Notes under the pieces: model-generated | Told to the model about the DNA's origin: nothing | Databases searched by the model: none | What the model saw: the letters and a program-made list of their open reading frames with translations, nothing else | Shown: piece by piece, positions 36,549 through 46,222 of the stretch | How positions within the stretch are numbered: the stretch's first letter is position 1 | Layout of the letters: each line of letters begins with the position of its first letter | Position numbers and translations under genes: made by a program | Source: an uncultured Eubacteriales bacterium | Lineage (GTDB): Bacteria; Bacillota; Clostridia; Oscillospirales; QAKW01 | DNA length: 64,000 nucleotides | Reading direction: 5' to 3' | NCBI GenBank assembly: GCA_964428505.1 | Contig: CAYRYQ010000001.1 | Span: 34,446-98,445, forward strand

Positions 36549-37532
36549 TCACTTCTTTTTCTTCTTCGACGCGGCAATTGCAGCCGCTTTTTTCGAGGCC
36601 GCCGCGCTGCGTTTTTCTTTATTCAATTGTTTTTCCCGCTCCATCCGCTCGTTTACTTCCGCCAGCGCCTTTTGCGGGTCATATATTTTATTCAAAATAT
36701 ACAACTGACCAATACTGAGGATATTGGTGATGATCCAGTAAAGTCCCAGCGCACAGTTCAGCGTATAAGAAAAGAACAACGACATCAGCGGCATGGTATA
36801 CATCATGATTTTTGAAGTGCTCTGGGAAGCAGGGTCTGTATTTTGCTGCATGGGGCTCAGCTTTTGAGAAAGAATCGAAAGAATAAACCCGGTAATGCCC
36901 GCAAAGATCGGAATCAGAAGCATCCAGGACCAAAATTGGGTGCTGGGCGTGCCGGAAAGATCGATCAGCCCGAACAACTTATCGCCCGGAATATGAATTT
37001 CAGAAGCTTTGTTGTAAATCTGCAGCTCAAAATTGCTGACACTGGTCAGCTTTGCCGTTCCTTCGGCAATTTTGGTCAGCACCTTCTGCACAGATTCCGA
37101 AAAGTTGCTGAAACCAACCCGGTTGGCCAGATCAAAGATGCGCTGCGCGGTATTGGTGGTAAAATACTCTTTATAATACACATAGGTTATGGGATGCCGT
37201 ACAATCGCATAAATCAGCAGCAAAAGAGGGAGCTGAATCAAGGTCGGCAGGCAGCTGCCCATGGGGTTATATCCCTCTTTTTCATAAAGCTTCTGCAGCT
37301 CCATATTATATTTGGTGCGATTACTTCCGTATTTTTTTGCAAGAGCATCCTGAAAGGGCTTCAGCCGCACCATTCCCAAAGAACTTTTCTGCTGCTTCAT
37401 CGCCAGAGGGAACAGAACAATTTTTGTGATCAGTGCATAGGCAACCAGGGCCAGAGCATAATTGTTCAGCAGGTTCATACATTGCTGCATGATCCACACA
37501 AACGGAACAACAAAATAGCTCCATATACTCAT
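36549..37532 (-). CDS. yidC: membrane protein insertase YidC/SpoIIIJ family
   Basis: 327 aa. Conserved YALALVAYALITKIVLFPLAMKQQKS and GCLPTLIQLPLL motifs, plus a basic C-terminal tail. Confidence 0.9.
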   Translation of the reverse strand: MSIWSYFVVPFVWIMQQCMNLLNNYALALVAYALITKIVLFPLAMKQQKSSLGMVRLKPFQDALAKKYGSNRTKYNMELQKLYEKEGYNPMGSCLPTLIQLPLLLLIYAIVRHPITYVYYKEYFTTNTAQRIFDLANRVGFSNFSESVQKVLTKIAEGTAKLTSVSNFELQIYNKASEIHIPGDKLFGLIDLSGTPSTQFWSWMLLIPIFAGITGFILSILSQKLSPMQQNTDPASQSTSKIMMYTMPLMSLFFSYTLNCALGLYWIITNILSIGQLYILNKIYDPQKALAEVNERMEREKQLNKEKRSAAASKKAAAIAASKKKKK

Positions 37533-37786
37533 TTTTTGTTTCTCCTTTTAAATAGATGCTCCGGCACCGGGTCATATCCACCCATGGACCAGGGATTGCA
37601 GCGCAAAATACGCCACAAGGCCATTGCTCCGCCAATCAGAATGCCAAAGCGCAAAATCGCCGTATAGGCGTACGCGGAACAGGTCGGATAATATTTACAT
37701 CGTGCCGGAATATGGGGGGACAGGAATTTTTGATACCCGACAATGGGCAGCAATAGGACCTTACGTATTTTTCTCAGTATGCTCAC
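37529..37786 (-). CDS. yidD: membrane protein insertion efficiency factor YidD
   Basis: 85 aa. YQKFLSPHIPARCKYYPTCSAYA is the YidD signature. 4-nt overlaps on both sides. Confidence 0.85.
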   Translation of the reverse strand: MSILRKIRKVLLLPIVGYQKFLSPHIPARCKYYPTCSAYAYTAILRFGILIGGAMALWRILRCNPWSMGGYDPVPEHLFKRRNKK

Positions 37787-38100
37787 GCTGAAAAAATCTC
37801 CCTGACGATTTGCGCAAAATCAGCGCTTTTGCAGAAAAGTGCGCGAAAGCGCGCTACCACCACTATATCATAGCCACAGGGCAAAAGGTCCTGCTGACTG
37901 CGGAATCCTTCCCGGATGATCCGTCGGATCCGATTCCGCTTCGGCGCATTTCCCAGTTTCTTACTGACTGTGATTCCCAAACGGGTTGTCTCTCTCCGGT
38001 TTTTGCGCCAATAAACGACCGCTTCTTTATAAACCGCAGATTTACCTTGGTGATACGCTCTTTTAAAATTTACGTTTTCTTTAATACTTTCCAATTTCAT
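37783..38100 (-). CDS. rnpA: ribonuclease P protein component
   Basis: The MKLESIKENVNFKRAYHQGKS start is preferred, at the ATG at 38100 downstream of the rpmH-rnpA hairpin. The basic RNR-type motif is KRNRIRRIIRE. Confidence 0.85.
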   Translation of the reverse strand: MKLESIKENVNFKRAYHQGKSAVYKEAVVYWRKNRRETTRLGITVSKKLGNAPKRNRIRRIIREGFRSQQDLLPCGYDIVVVARFRALFCKSADFAQIVREIFSA

Positions 38101-38126
38101 TTGATCAAGGCATCCGTATCTTTTAA

Positions 38127-38155
38127 TAAAAAAGGCCACAACAAGAGTGCGGCCT
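38127..38155 (-). terminator. hairpin plus U-run between rpmH and rnpA (partial terminator/attenuator)
   Basis: The minus strand reads aggccgca ctcttg tgtggcct tttttt. The stem is 8 bp including one G-U pair. Confidence 0.45.
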
Positions 38156-38161
38156 TTACTA

Positions 38162-38296
38162 TTAGTGAGATAATCTTTTTCTGCCTTTTGCCCTTCTTCT
38201 GGCCAAAACCTTCTGTCCGTTGCTGGTCAACATTCTTTTTCTGAAACCATGGACCTTGCTTCTTTGCCGTTTTTTTGGCTGATAAGTCCGAACCAT
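38162..38296 (-). CDS. rpmH: 50S ribosomal protein L34
   Basis: It is below the ORF-track cutoff, so I translated it by hand. The product is [44 protein letters not shown] (44 aa). AAGGAGG RBS. Confidence 0.92.
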   Translation of the reverse strand: MVRTYQPKKRQRSKVHGFRKRMLTSNGQKVLARRRAKGRKRLSH

Positions 38297-38351
38297 TTTC
38301 TATCCTCCTTTGCCTTGCTGTGGAAACCATTATCCATTTTGAGCAAAATAC

Positions 38352-38381
38352 ATTATATATTAAGTCAATATAATTTGTCAA
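38352..38381 (-). promoter_or_regulatory. candidate rpmH promoter
   Basis: On the minus strand, TTGACA (38381-38376), 17-18 nt, then ATATAAT. Confidence 0.5.
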
Positions 38382-38390
38382 CTAAAATGT

Positions 38391-39773
38391 TTAAAAATTC
38401 AAATTATTCCGGATAAAATCCGTTAATTCTTCTATTTTCACCCTTTTTTGGTCCATGGAGTCCCGGAATCGGATGGTTACGCAGCCATCCTCCTCGCTAT
38501 CAAAGTCATAACAGATGCAAAACGGCGTGCCGATTTCATCCTGCCGTCTGTACCGCTTGCCGATGGATCCCGCGTCATCGAATTCAACATTAAATTCTTT
38601 GCATAGAACGGCATAAACCTTTTCCTCCGCCGCGCCGCTCAGTTTTTTGGAAAGCGGCAAAACCGCCGCCTTGACCGGTGCCAACGCCGGATGCAGCCGC
38701 AGAACCACGCGGGTATCCTTCTTTTCCGCATCTAAAATCTCTTCGTCATAAGCGTCACATAAAAAGGCCAGCAGCACCCGGTCTGCTCCCAAAGACGGTT
38801 CAACGACATAAGGAATATAATGTTCGTTGGTATCCGGATCAAAATACTCCAGCGATTTTCCGCTGGCTTCCTGATGCCGGCCCAGATCATAATTGGTGCG
38901 GTCTGCGATCCCCCATAGTTCCCCCCAACCGAAGGGAAACAAAAATTCAATATCCGTGGTTGCCTTGGAATAAAAGGACAATTCCTCCTTTTCGTGATCC
39001 CGAAGACGGATACTCTCTTCCTTCATTCCCAGATTCAAGAGGAAATTTTTGCAGTAATCCTTCCAGTAATAAAACCAGTCCAGATCCGTATCCGGCTTGC
39101 AGAAAAATTCACATTCCATCTGCTCAAATTCCCGGGTGCGAAAAATAAAGTTCCCCGGCGTAATCTCATTGCGGAATGATTTTCCGATCTGACAAACGCC
39201 AAATGGCAGCTTTTTCCGGGTTGTCCGCTGAATATTCGCGTAATTCACAAAGATCCCCTGCGCCGTTTCCGGCCGCAGATAAACCTCGTTTTTGGCGTCT
39301 TCCGTAACCCCGATAAAGGTTTTAAACATCAAGTTGAATTTTCGGATATCGGTAAAATTCTTGCTGCCGCATTCCGGGCAGGCAAGGTCATGTTCTTTGA
39401 TATAGTTCTGCATTTCTTCAAAACTCATCCCTTCGGCATGACCGCCTGCATCCTCAATCAGCTTATCCGCCCGATGCCTGGCATGACAATCCTTGCAATC
39501 CATCAACGGATCCGAAAATCCGCCGACATGACCGCTGGTCACCCAGGTTTCGGGGTTCATAATAATAGCGGAATCCAGCCCCACATTATAAGGGGATTCC
39601 TGCACAAATTTTTTCCACCATGCCCGTTTGACATTATTTTTGAACTCCACACCCAAAGGACCGTAATCCCAGGAGTTGGACAGACCGCCGTAAATTTCAC
39701 TTCCGCTGTACACAAAACCACGATTTTTACAAAGGGCTACAATCTGGTCCATTGTTTTTTCTGCATTTTTCAT
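38391..39773 (-). CDS. glyQS: glycine--tRNA ligase (homodimeric class II type)
   Basis: 460 aa. The N-terminus is [43 protein letters not shown]. Confidence 0.95.
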   Translation of the reverse strand: MKNAEKTMDQIVALCKNRGFVYSGSEIYGGLSNSWDYGPLGVEFKNNVKRAWWKKFVQESPYNVGLDSAIIMNPETWVTSGHVGGFSDPLMDCKDCHARHRADKLIEDAGGHAEGMSFEEMQNYIKEHDLACPECGSKNFTDIRKFNLMFKTFIGVTEDAKNEVYLRPETAQGIFVNYANIQRTTRKKLPFGVCQIGKSFRNEITPGNFIFRTREFEQMECEFFCKPDTDLDWFYYWKDYCKNFLLNLGMKEESIRLRDHEKEELSFYSKATTDIEFLFPFGWGELWGIADRTNYDLGRHQEASGKSLEYFDPDTNEHYIPYVVEPSLGADRVLLAFLCDAYDEEILDAEKKDTRVVLRLHPALAPVKAAVLPLSKKLSGAAEEKVYAVLCKEFNVEFDDAGSIGKRYRRQDEIGTPFCICYDFDSEEDGCVTIRFRDSMDQKRVKIEELTDFIRNNLNF

Positions 39774-39982
39774 GGGTTTCCCTCCGTTTTACTTATCTGA
39801 GACTAAATTATATAGTGCTTTTAATTTCTTGTCAATAAATTCGTAATTTTTCACAAATGAATCTTTAATATGAATAATGAATTCTATTTTTATAGTTATC
39901 TATAAAGAAGAAATATATTGCATTCAATTTGCTAATATGTTAAAATATACTTGCTACATTATGTAATAAAGGGGATCGAACA
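39774..39982. other. oriC: very AT-rich glyQS/dnaA divergent spacer; possible upstream oriC part or unwinding element
   Basis: It is strongly AT-rich by eye. I found only two weak DnaA-box-like 9-mers: tttttcaca at 39847-39855 and ttatctata at 39896-39904. Confidence 0.4.
39918..39946 (+). promoter_or_regulatory. candidate dnaA promoter
   Basis: TTGCAT (39918-39923), 17 nt, then TAAAAT (39941-39946). Confidence 0.45.
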
Positions 39983-41347
39983 ATGCAGTCATTTAAAGAT
40001 GTTTGGGAAAAAGCACTGGTTATTCTGCAGAATGATCTGAATAACACCTCCTTTGAAAGTTGGATCAAGCTGCTTATTCCGATGAAAATGGAAAATGATG
40101 TGGCTTATTTTTGTGTTTCAACGCTTTTCCAAAAAAGTATTATTGATAAAAAATACAAAAAAGATGTGGAACATGCTATTTCAGAAACCATGGGGTTTAC
40201 CGTTACGGCAAAAATTATGACCGAAGAGGAGGTGCCTCCCCGCTTCCGGGAAATTGCACAGAAAAAAAGTGAAGATATCAGTGTTGCGTTTCCAAAACTG
40301 GAAGAAGAAGAGGTGCGCTCCTTCAATGCAAAATCAAATCTGACCTTTGAAAATTTCGTAATCGGAAAAGAAAATGAATTTGCCCACGCCGCGGCCCTGG
40401 CCATTGCCAATAATCCGGCCAACGCTTATAACCCGTTTTTTCTTTACGGACACAGCGGGCTTGGAAAAACCCATTTGATCAACGCGATTGCCAATAAAAT
40501 CAAAGAGAATGATCCGAACATGGTCATCATGTATGTAAAAGGCGATGAATTTACCAGTGAGCTGATTGAAGCCATCCAATACAACACGCAGCGGCAATTT
40601 AAAAACAAATACCGCAAAGCCGATGTTTTGCTGGTGGACGACGTTCAATTCATCAGCGGGAAAAAGGCCATTCAGGAAGAATTCTTCCACACCTTTGATG
40701 CGCTCTACGAAAACAACCGCCAAATCATCCTGACCAGCGACCGGCCGCCAAAAGAGCTGATCACACTGGAGGAACGGCTGCAATCCCGTTTTTCCATGGG
40801 GCTGATTGCCGATGTTCAGCCGCCGGAATATGAAACCCGCGTGGCCATTGTAAAAAGAAAGGCCAATCTTTATAACCTGAATATACCGGATGATGTGGTG
40901 GAGCTGATCGCCACCAAAATTAAAACCAACGTGCGGGAACTGGAAGGTACGATCAAAAAACTCAAAGCCTTTAATTCTCTCTGGGGGCAGACGCCGACCA
41001 TTGCATTGGCCAAAGACGCCATGGATGCGGTTATTAAAGAGAATACCACCACCGCCATCACTCCGTCCACCATTATCGACCAGGTCTCCCGTTACTTCAA
41101 TATTTCCATTGAGGATATTAAAAGTGACAAGAGAAGGAGTGACATTGTCTTTGCCCGCCAGATGACCATGTATATCATTAGAGAAATGACCGGCCTTTCT
41201 TTACCGGAAATCGGCAAGGAAATGGGAGGAAAAAACCATACGACCGTTCTCTATTCCATCAGGAAATTAGAAGAAGCCATGAAGCAGGATCCGAAAACGG
41301 CAAAAATTGCGGCGGAGCTGATCGAAAATATCAAAAAATCTTATTAA
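39983..41347 (+). CDS. dnaA: chromosomal replication initiator protein DnaA
   Basis: 454 aa. AAA+ Walker A GHSGLGKTHL and the C-terminal DNA-binding signature IGKEMGGKNHTTVLYS. Confidence 0.98.
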   Translation: MQSFKDVWEKALVILQNDLNNTSFESWIKLLIPMKMENDVAYFCVSTLFQKSIIDKKYKKDVEHAISETMGFTVTAKIMTEEEVPPRFREIAQKKSEDISVAFPKLEEEEVRSFNAKSNLTFENFVIGKENEFAHAAALAIANNPANAYNPFFLYGHSGLGKTHLINAIANKIKENDPNMVIMYVKGDEFTSELIEAIQYNTQRQFKNKYRKADVLLVDDVQFISGKKAIQEEFFHTFDALYENNRQIILTSDRPPKELITLEERLQSRFSMGLIADVQPPEYETRVAIVKRKANLYNLNIPDDVVELIATKIKTNVRELEGTIKKLKAFNSLWGQTPTIALAKDAMDAVIKENTTTAITPSTIIDQVSRYFNISIEDIKSDKRRSDIVFARQMTMYIIREMTGLSLPEIGKEMGGKNHTTVLYSIRKLEEAMKQDPKTAKIAAELIENIKKSY

Positions 41348-41566
41348 CAAAGTTTTCGATTCTTCACAGACAGTTTTCCACTTTTTCAACAGACTTTTCA
41401 ACAGTTTACATAATCATGTGGATATGCTGTTCAGAAAAAACTCGTGATTCACAGGCATAAAAACTGCAAAAAAGTGAAGAACCACCGAAAGAAAATCTTA
41501 ATTTTCGCGTTTTGCACACTACAACCACAACCATTTCCATAAAAAGAAAAAAGAAAGGAACGCACC
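41348..41566. other. oriC: dnaA-dnaN spacer with a cluster of degenerate DnaA boxes (oriC core candidate)
   Basis: Seven 9-mers lie within 1-2 mismatches of TTATCCACA or its complement. They are 41360-68 ttcttcaca, 41374-82 ttttccact, 41383-91 and 41395-403 ttttcaaca, 41417-25 tgtggatat (1 mismatch), and 41445-53 tgattcaca. An A-rich tract lies before dnaN. Confidence 0.65.
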
Positions 41567-42688
41567 ATGAAATTTTGTTGCGATCGAAACGCTTTAGTGG
41601 ATGCCGTTAATATCGTTCAAAAGGCAGCGAGCGCAAAATCTACGATTCCGGCGCTGGAAGGAATTTGTATTTCCGTTCTGGAAAACAGTATGGTTCACTT
41701 CAGCGCCTATGACTTGAGTATTTCTATTTCCTACGATATTGATGCGGAGCAGACCGATCCGGGAACGGTCATTCTCTCTTCGCGTTTATTCGGAGAAATC
41801 ATACGGAAGCTTCCTTCTTGCAAGGTCACCGTTGAAACAGATTCTCAAACGCTGCAAACCACAATTTATGGGGGTCAATCCACCTTTACGATTTCCGGAA
41901 TGAATCCGGAAAATTTTCCGGAACTTCCCACCGTTCTCAGCACAGATGGGATTTCCTTAACTTATTCCAATTTTAAAACGCTGGTAAGGCAAACTATTTT
42001 TGCCGTTTCCATTACAGATCTGAAACCGATTCTGACCGGCGTATTATTCGAACTAAATCCTCAAGAGGGAACCATCAGCGCGGTTGCTGTGGATAATTTC
42101 CGGCTGGCCATCCGAAAAGTTCCTTTTTCAGAACGACAAGGAAACTTTCTGAAAGTGGTGATTCCTTCCAGGGCCTTAAACGAATTGCTGAAAATTTTGC
42201 CGGACAGCGAGGAAGAGTTGATCAAGGTCCGAACAGGCGGAAACTTTGTTGCGTTTCAGTTTGAAAAAGTTTATATGGTGTCCCGGTTATTAGAAGGGGA
42301 ATTTCTGGATTATAAAGCGGCTTTGCCAAAAGATTATAAATTTCGGGTTCAAGTTGCCACAAGAGATTTGGAGCAGGTGATCGAACGGGCATCTTTAATG
42401 GCGAATTCCACAATTATCAGTCCGATTCGCTGTAGCTTTGATTTTGACCATATTGATATTTCAACGGCGTCTAATATTGGTAAATTTCATGATACCGTTG
42501 CTTGCAAGCCGTTCACCGATAAAATGGTAATCGGATTTAATTATAAATATATGCTGGCAGCGTTAAACGCCTGTGAGGATGAAGAAGTGCTGATCGAGCT
42601 GCAATCCAATCTGGCCCCGATTATTATCAGGCCGATTGAAAAGCAGGATTATCTCTTTTTGGTCCTGCCTTTGAGAATGAAGGAATAA
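41567..42688 (+). CDS. dnaN: DNA polymerase III beta sliding clamp
   Basis: 373 aa. Position and length are canonical, and the protein has the three-domain clamp size. Confidence 0.95.
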   Translation: MKFCCDRNALVDAVNIVQKAASAKSTIPALEGICISVLENSMVHFSAYDLSISISYDIDAEQTDPGTVILSSRLFGEIIRKLPSCKVTVETDSQTLQTTIYGGQSTFTISGMNPENFPELPTVLSTDGISLTYSNFKTLVRQTIFAVSITDLKPILTGVLFELNPQEGTISAVAVDNFRLAIRKVPFSERQGNFLKVVIPSRALNELLKILPDSEEELIKVRTGGNFVAFQFEKVYMVSRLLEGEFLDYKAALPKDYKFRVQVATRDLEQVIERASLMANSTIISPIRCSFDFDHIDISTASNIGKFHDTVACKPFTDKMVIGFNYKYMLAALNACEDEEVLIELQSNLAPIIIRPIEKQDYLFLVLPLRMKE

Positions 42689-42689
42689 G

Positions 42690-42899
42690 ATGAAAAAGTT
42701 GATGATTCGGGACGCGTATATCCGCCTTTGCGACGCGCTGAAATTAAGCGGCAAAGTGGAAACCGGCGGAATGGCCAAAATAAAGATTATCAATGGAGAA
42801 ATACTGGTCAACGGAGAGCTCTGCCCGGTGAAGGGCAAAAAGCTGTATCCCGGTGACCGGTTTTCTATGGACGGAGAAGAATATTTGATAGTACAATGA
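42690..42899 (+). CDS. yaaA: S4-domain RNA-binding protein YaaA
   Basis: 69 aa. IRLCDALKLSGKVETGGMAKIKIINGEILVNGE is S4-like. Conserved position between dnaN and recF. Confidence 0.8.
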   Translation: MKKLMIRDAYIRLCDALKLSGKVETGGMAKIKIINGEILVNGELCPVKGKKLYPGDRFSMDGEEYLIVQ

Positions 42900-44029
42900 A
42901 GATTCAACGTCTGACACTGCAAAATTTCAGAAATTTTGAGGAGGAGACCTTCTTATTTTCTGACGGAATTAATATCCTGGCCGGCTATAACGCCCAGGGA
43001 AAAACCAATTGTATTGAAGCCGTCTATTTTTGCACCTGTTTAAAAAGTGAGCGCGTTTTGCGGGAAGAGCAGTTGATTCGCACCGGACAGGAAGAGGCAA
43101 AAATAACCCTCGATTTTGATCGGGAAGGGCAGCAGGAACAATTGGTGATTATTCTTCACCGGGCCGGGCCGAAAGAATTTCGTTATAACGGGTTGGTAGT
43201 GCCGCGGCTGCGGGATTTGCTTGGATGTTTTCAGTCGGTTCTGTTTACGCCGGATCATCTGGATCTCATTAAAGAAGGCCCCCATAAACGGCGCGGTTTT
43301 TTGGATATGGCCCTTTGTTCATTGGATGTGTGCTATACCGATCAGCTTTTACAATACCAAAAAATTCTGAAAAACCGAAATGCGCTTCTGCGGCAGTGCC
43401 AGCTCTATCCGGAGCGGGCAGAAATGTTGGAAATCTGGGATCAGAAGCTGGCGGAAAGCGGTGCCTATCTTGCAAAAACACGGCAGGATTATACGGAGAG
43501 CCTGTCGCAGTCTGCAAAAGAATACTATCAGCAGATTTCCAAACAAGAAGAAAAGCTTAAAATCATTTATTTAAATCAACTGACCAAAAATCATTTTTCA
43601 GAAGAGGAATATATCCGTCTTTTTATCAAACGGCTTCAGAAAACAAGAGCCGGAGATATCACCATGGGGCAGACCATGAGCGGTGTTCATAAAGATGATC
43701 TGTTGATATTATCGGGTGGTAAAACCATGAAGTATTTTGCTTCTCAGGGGCAGATCCGGTCGGCCATTCTTGCATTAAAGCTGGCGGAAGCGGATGGTGT
43801 TTTTGACCGAAAAAAAAGCTATCCGGTTTTGCTGCTGGATGATATCTTATCCGAGCTGGATTTCAAGCGGCAACAATTTATTTTTCAGAAGATGGAAGGA
43901 TATCAGACGATTCTTTCCACGTGTGAACTCAGCAAAGTCCGGAAAAAGGGCGACCAGACCTTTTTTATTAAAAACGGAAAGGTGGCGAGAATCCGTGTAT
44001 CTTCATCTGGGGCAGGACGTTCTGATTAA
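42896..44029 (+). CDS. recF: DNA replication and repair protein RecF
   Basis: 377 aa with Walker A in LAGYNAQGKTNCIEAVYF. Canonical synteny. Confidence 0.95.
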   Translation: MKIQRLTLQNFRNFEEETFLFSDGINILAGYNAQGKTNCIEAVYFCTCLKSERVLREEQLIRTGQEEAKITLDFDREGQQEQLVIILHRAGPKEFRYNGLVVPRLRDLLGCFQSVLFTPDHLDLIKEGPHKRRGFLDMALCSLDVCYTDQLLQYQKILKNRNALLRQCQLYPERAEMLEIWDQKLAESGAYLAKTRQDYTESLSQSAKEYYQQISKQEEKLKIIYLNQLTKNHFSEEEYIRLFIKRLQKTRAGDITMGQTMSGVHKDDLLILSGGKTMKYFASQGQIRSAILALKLAEADGVFDRKKSYPVLLLDDILSELDFKRQQFIFQKMEGYQTILSTCELSKVRKKGDQTFFIKNGKVARIRVSSSGAGRSD

Positions 44030-44264
44030 AAAAGATGATATCATCGGCATTTTTGATATGGACAAGGCCACCATATCCAAGCGCACCCGGGATTTTTTGG
44101 CTGAAAAAGAAAAACGACAATTGGTCGTTAATGTAGCGATTGATTTGCCAAAGTCCTTTATTATCTGTAAAAGCGGGCAGGAAGTTTTGGTGTATATTTC
44201 GCAGATTTCAGCACAAACGTTACTGAAACGCTGCAGTTTTATTCAAAAAATATCTTTTATATAA
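43995..44264 (+). CDS. remB: DUF370 protein (RemB/YaaB-like)
   Basis: GTG at 43995 gives an 89-aa product, (M)[25 protein letters not shown]..., which has the size and sequence typical of DUF370 genes between recF and gyrB. It overlaps the recF 3' end by 35 nt. Confidence 0.7.
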   Translation: MYLHLGQDVLIKKDDIIGIFDMDKATISKRTRDFLAEKEKRQLVVNVAIDLPKSFIICKSGQEVLVYISQISAQTLLKRCSFIQKISFI

Positions 44265-44277
44265 GCGGAGGAAAACA

Positions 44278-46206
44278 ATGGATCAGGAAAAAGTCACAAA
44301 CCAATACAATGAATCATCCATACAAGTATTGGAAGGACTGGAAGCGGTCCGGAAAAGACCCGGGATGTATATCGGTTCCACCTCTATCCGGGGGCTTCAT
44401 CATTTGGTGTATGAAATTGTGGATAATGCCATCGATGAGGCATTGGCCGGTTATTGCGATACAATTCAGGTATCCATTTTGCCGGGCAATATTGTGGAGG
44501 TCATTGATAACGGCCGTGGCATTCCGGTCGGGATCCATCCTAAAATGGGCATTCCAACGGTGGAAGTGGTGTTTACTATTTTGCACGCCGGCGGTAAATT
44601 CGGCGGCGGCGGATATAAAGTGTCCGGCGGCCTACACGGGGTAGGCGCATCGGTTGTGAACGCCTTGTCTGAATGGTTGGAGGTGGATGTCAGAGACGGC
44701 AAACATATTTACCGGCAGCGCTATGAAAAAGGGCATCCTTGCGGCACCCTGGAAGCAATTGGGAGCACAACGGAAAAGGGAACCCGGGTGCGGTTTTTGG
44801 CCGATTCTGAAATTTTTGAAACCTTAGCTTATGAATCGGATGTTCTGATCAAGCGGCTGCGGGAGCAGGCTTTTTTGAATGCAGGGTTAAAAATCACGTT
44901 TTCTGATTTGAGAACCGAGCCACATCTGGAAAAGGTGATGCATTATGAAGGCGGGATCCGGCAGTTTGTGGAATACCTGAACAAAAACAAGGAACCGCTT
45001 CACGAAGATGTTATTTTTGTCAGCGGAAAAAAAGGAACCTCTGCCGCAGAAGTGGCGATGCAGTATACCACCCGCTATGACGAAATGGTGATCTCCTTTG
45101 CCAATGATATTAATACGACGGAAGGGGGTACCCATGAAACCGGATTTAAAAGTGCCCTGACCAGAATTATCAATACGTATGCCCGCAGCAAAAGCTTCCT
45201 GAAAGAAAACGAGGCCAATCTTTCCAGCGAAGATGTGCGGGAAGGGCTGACTGCCATTATCAGTGTCAAGGTAGAAGACGCACAGTTTGAAGGGCAGACG
45301 AAAACCAAGCTGGGCAACAGTGAAGTGGCCGGATTGGTCAGTTCCATTTTAACCGAAAAGCTTACGGAATTCTTTGAGGAAAATCCGAAAACTGCCCGCG
45401 CGATCATCGAGAAGGCCATTACCGCTTCCCGCGCAAGAGAGGCGGCCAGAAAAGCCCGGGAAACGGCCCGGAAAAGCGTGCTTTCCACCTCTGTTTCACT
45501 CCCGGGCAAGCTGGCGGACTGCCAGCTGAAGGATAATCAGTATACGGAGATCTATATCGTGGAGGGAGATTCTGCAGGCGGTTCCGCAAAAGAAGGGCGC
45601 GATCGCCGGTTTCAGGCCATTTTGCCCCTTTGGGGAAAAATGCTGAATGTGGAAAAATCCAGGCTCGACAAGGTTTACAGCAATGAAAAGCTGCTACCGG
45701 TGATCACAGCGCTCGGCACCAATATCGGCGCGGATTTTAATCTGGAGAAGCTTCGTTACGGAAAGGTCATTATTATGGCCGATGCCGATGTGGACGGCGC
45801 TCATATTCGCACCTTGCTGCTCACCTTTTTCTTCCGGTTTATGCGGCCTTTAGTGGAAGGCGGCTTTGTTTATACCGCGGTGCCGCCGCTTTATAAGCTG
45901 GTGCGCGGAAAAGAAACACGGTATGCCTATTCCGATCCGGAACGGGATCAGATCTCTGCCGAGCTGCGGGGAGAAGACGGCAAAGGAAAGATCGAAATCA
46001 GCCGAAACAAGGGTCTTGGTGAAATGGATCCGCATGAGCTTTGGGCCACCACTATGGATCCGGAAGTGCGCACATTAAAGCAGTTTACACTCCATGATGC
46101 AATCGCGGCAGACGAAATTTTCTCCATTCTGATGGGGGAAAAAGTGGAGCCGCGGAAGGCCTTTATTGAGGAAAACGCCAAATATGTCATGAACCTGGAT
46201 ATATAA
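44278..46206 (+). CDS. gyrB: DNA gyrase subunit B
   Basis: 642 aa. GHKL ATPase N-terminus ([17 protein letters not shown]) and Toprim region ([15 protein letters not shown]). Confidence 0.98.
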   Translation: MDQEKVTNQYNESSIQVLEGLEAVRKRPGMYIGSTSIRGLHHLVYEIVDNAIDEALAGYCDTIQVSILPGNIVEVIDNGRGIPVGIHPKMGIPTVEVVFTILHAGGKFGGGGYKVSGGLHGVGASVVNALSEWLEVDVRDGKHIYRQRYEKGHPCGTLEAIGSTTEKGTRVRFLADSEIFETLAYESDVLIKRLREQAFLNAGLKITFSDLRTEPHLEKVMHYEGGIRQFVEYLNKNKEPLHEDVIFVSGKKGTSAAEVAMQYTTRYDEMVISFANDINTTEGGTHETGFKSALTRIINTYARSKSFLKENEANLSSEDVREGLTAIISVKVEDAQFEGQTKTKLGNSEVAGLVSSILTEKLTEFFEENPKTARAIIEKAITASRAREAARKARETARKSVLSTSVSLPGKLADCQLKDNQYTEIYIVEGDSAGGSAKEGRDRRFQAILPLWGKMLNVEKSRLDKVYSNEKLLPVITALGTNIGADFNLEKLRYGKVIIMADADVDGAHIRTLLLTFFFRFMRPLVEGGFVYTAVPPLYKLVRGKETRYAYSDPERDQISAELRGEDGKGKIEISRNKGLGEMDPHELWATTMDPEVRTLKQFTLHDAIAADEIFSILMGEKVEPRKAFIEENAKYVMNLDI

Positions 46207-46222
46207 GGGGGATACAGAAGGA

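Noticed and set aside
35746-36708. 320-aa plus-strand ORF opposite jag/yidC, and similar shadow ORFs (11800-12570, 14442-15158, 14677-15516, 32383-32862, 58581-59507)
   Set aside because: Those I checked are codon-aligned with well-supported genes on the other strand (for example 35746-35683=63 and 11800-11722=78). All give repetitive, Arg/His/Pro-rich translations with no family resemblance.
38097-38381. 94-aa track ORF overlapping the rpmH region
   Set aside because: It is in the wrong frame. The hand-translated 44-aa frame (38162-38296) gives a textbook L34 sequence with an AAGGAGG RBS.
39774-39982. T-box riboswitch upstream of glyQS
   Set aside because: I looked for the conserved T-box element (complement of GGTGGTACCGCG) and the specifier/terminator architecture. 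The 209-bp AT-rich spacer contains nothing similar and is too short after allowing for the divergent dnaA promoter.
43794-43994. N-terminal 67 codons of track ORF 43794-44264
   Set aside because: This part lies inside recF in another frame. The DUF370-like sequence begins only at the GTG at 43995, which has its own purine-rich RBS.
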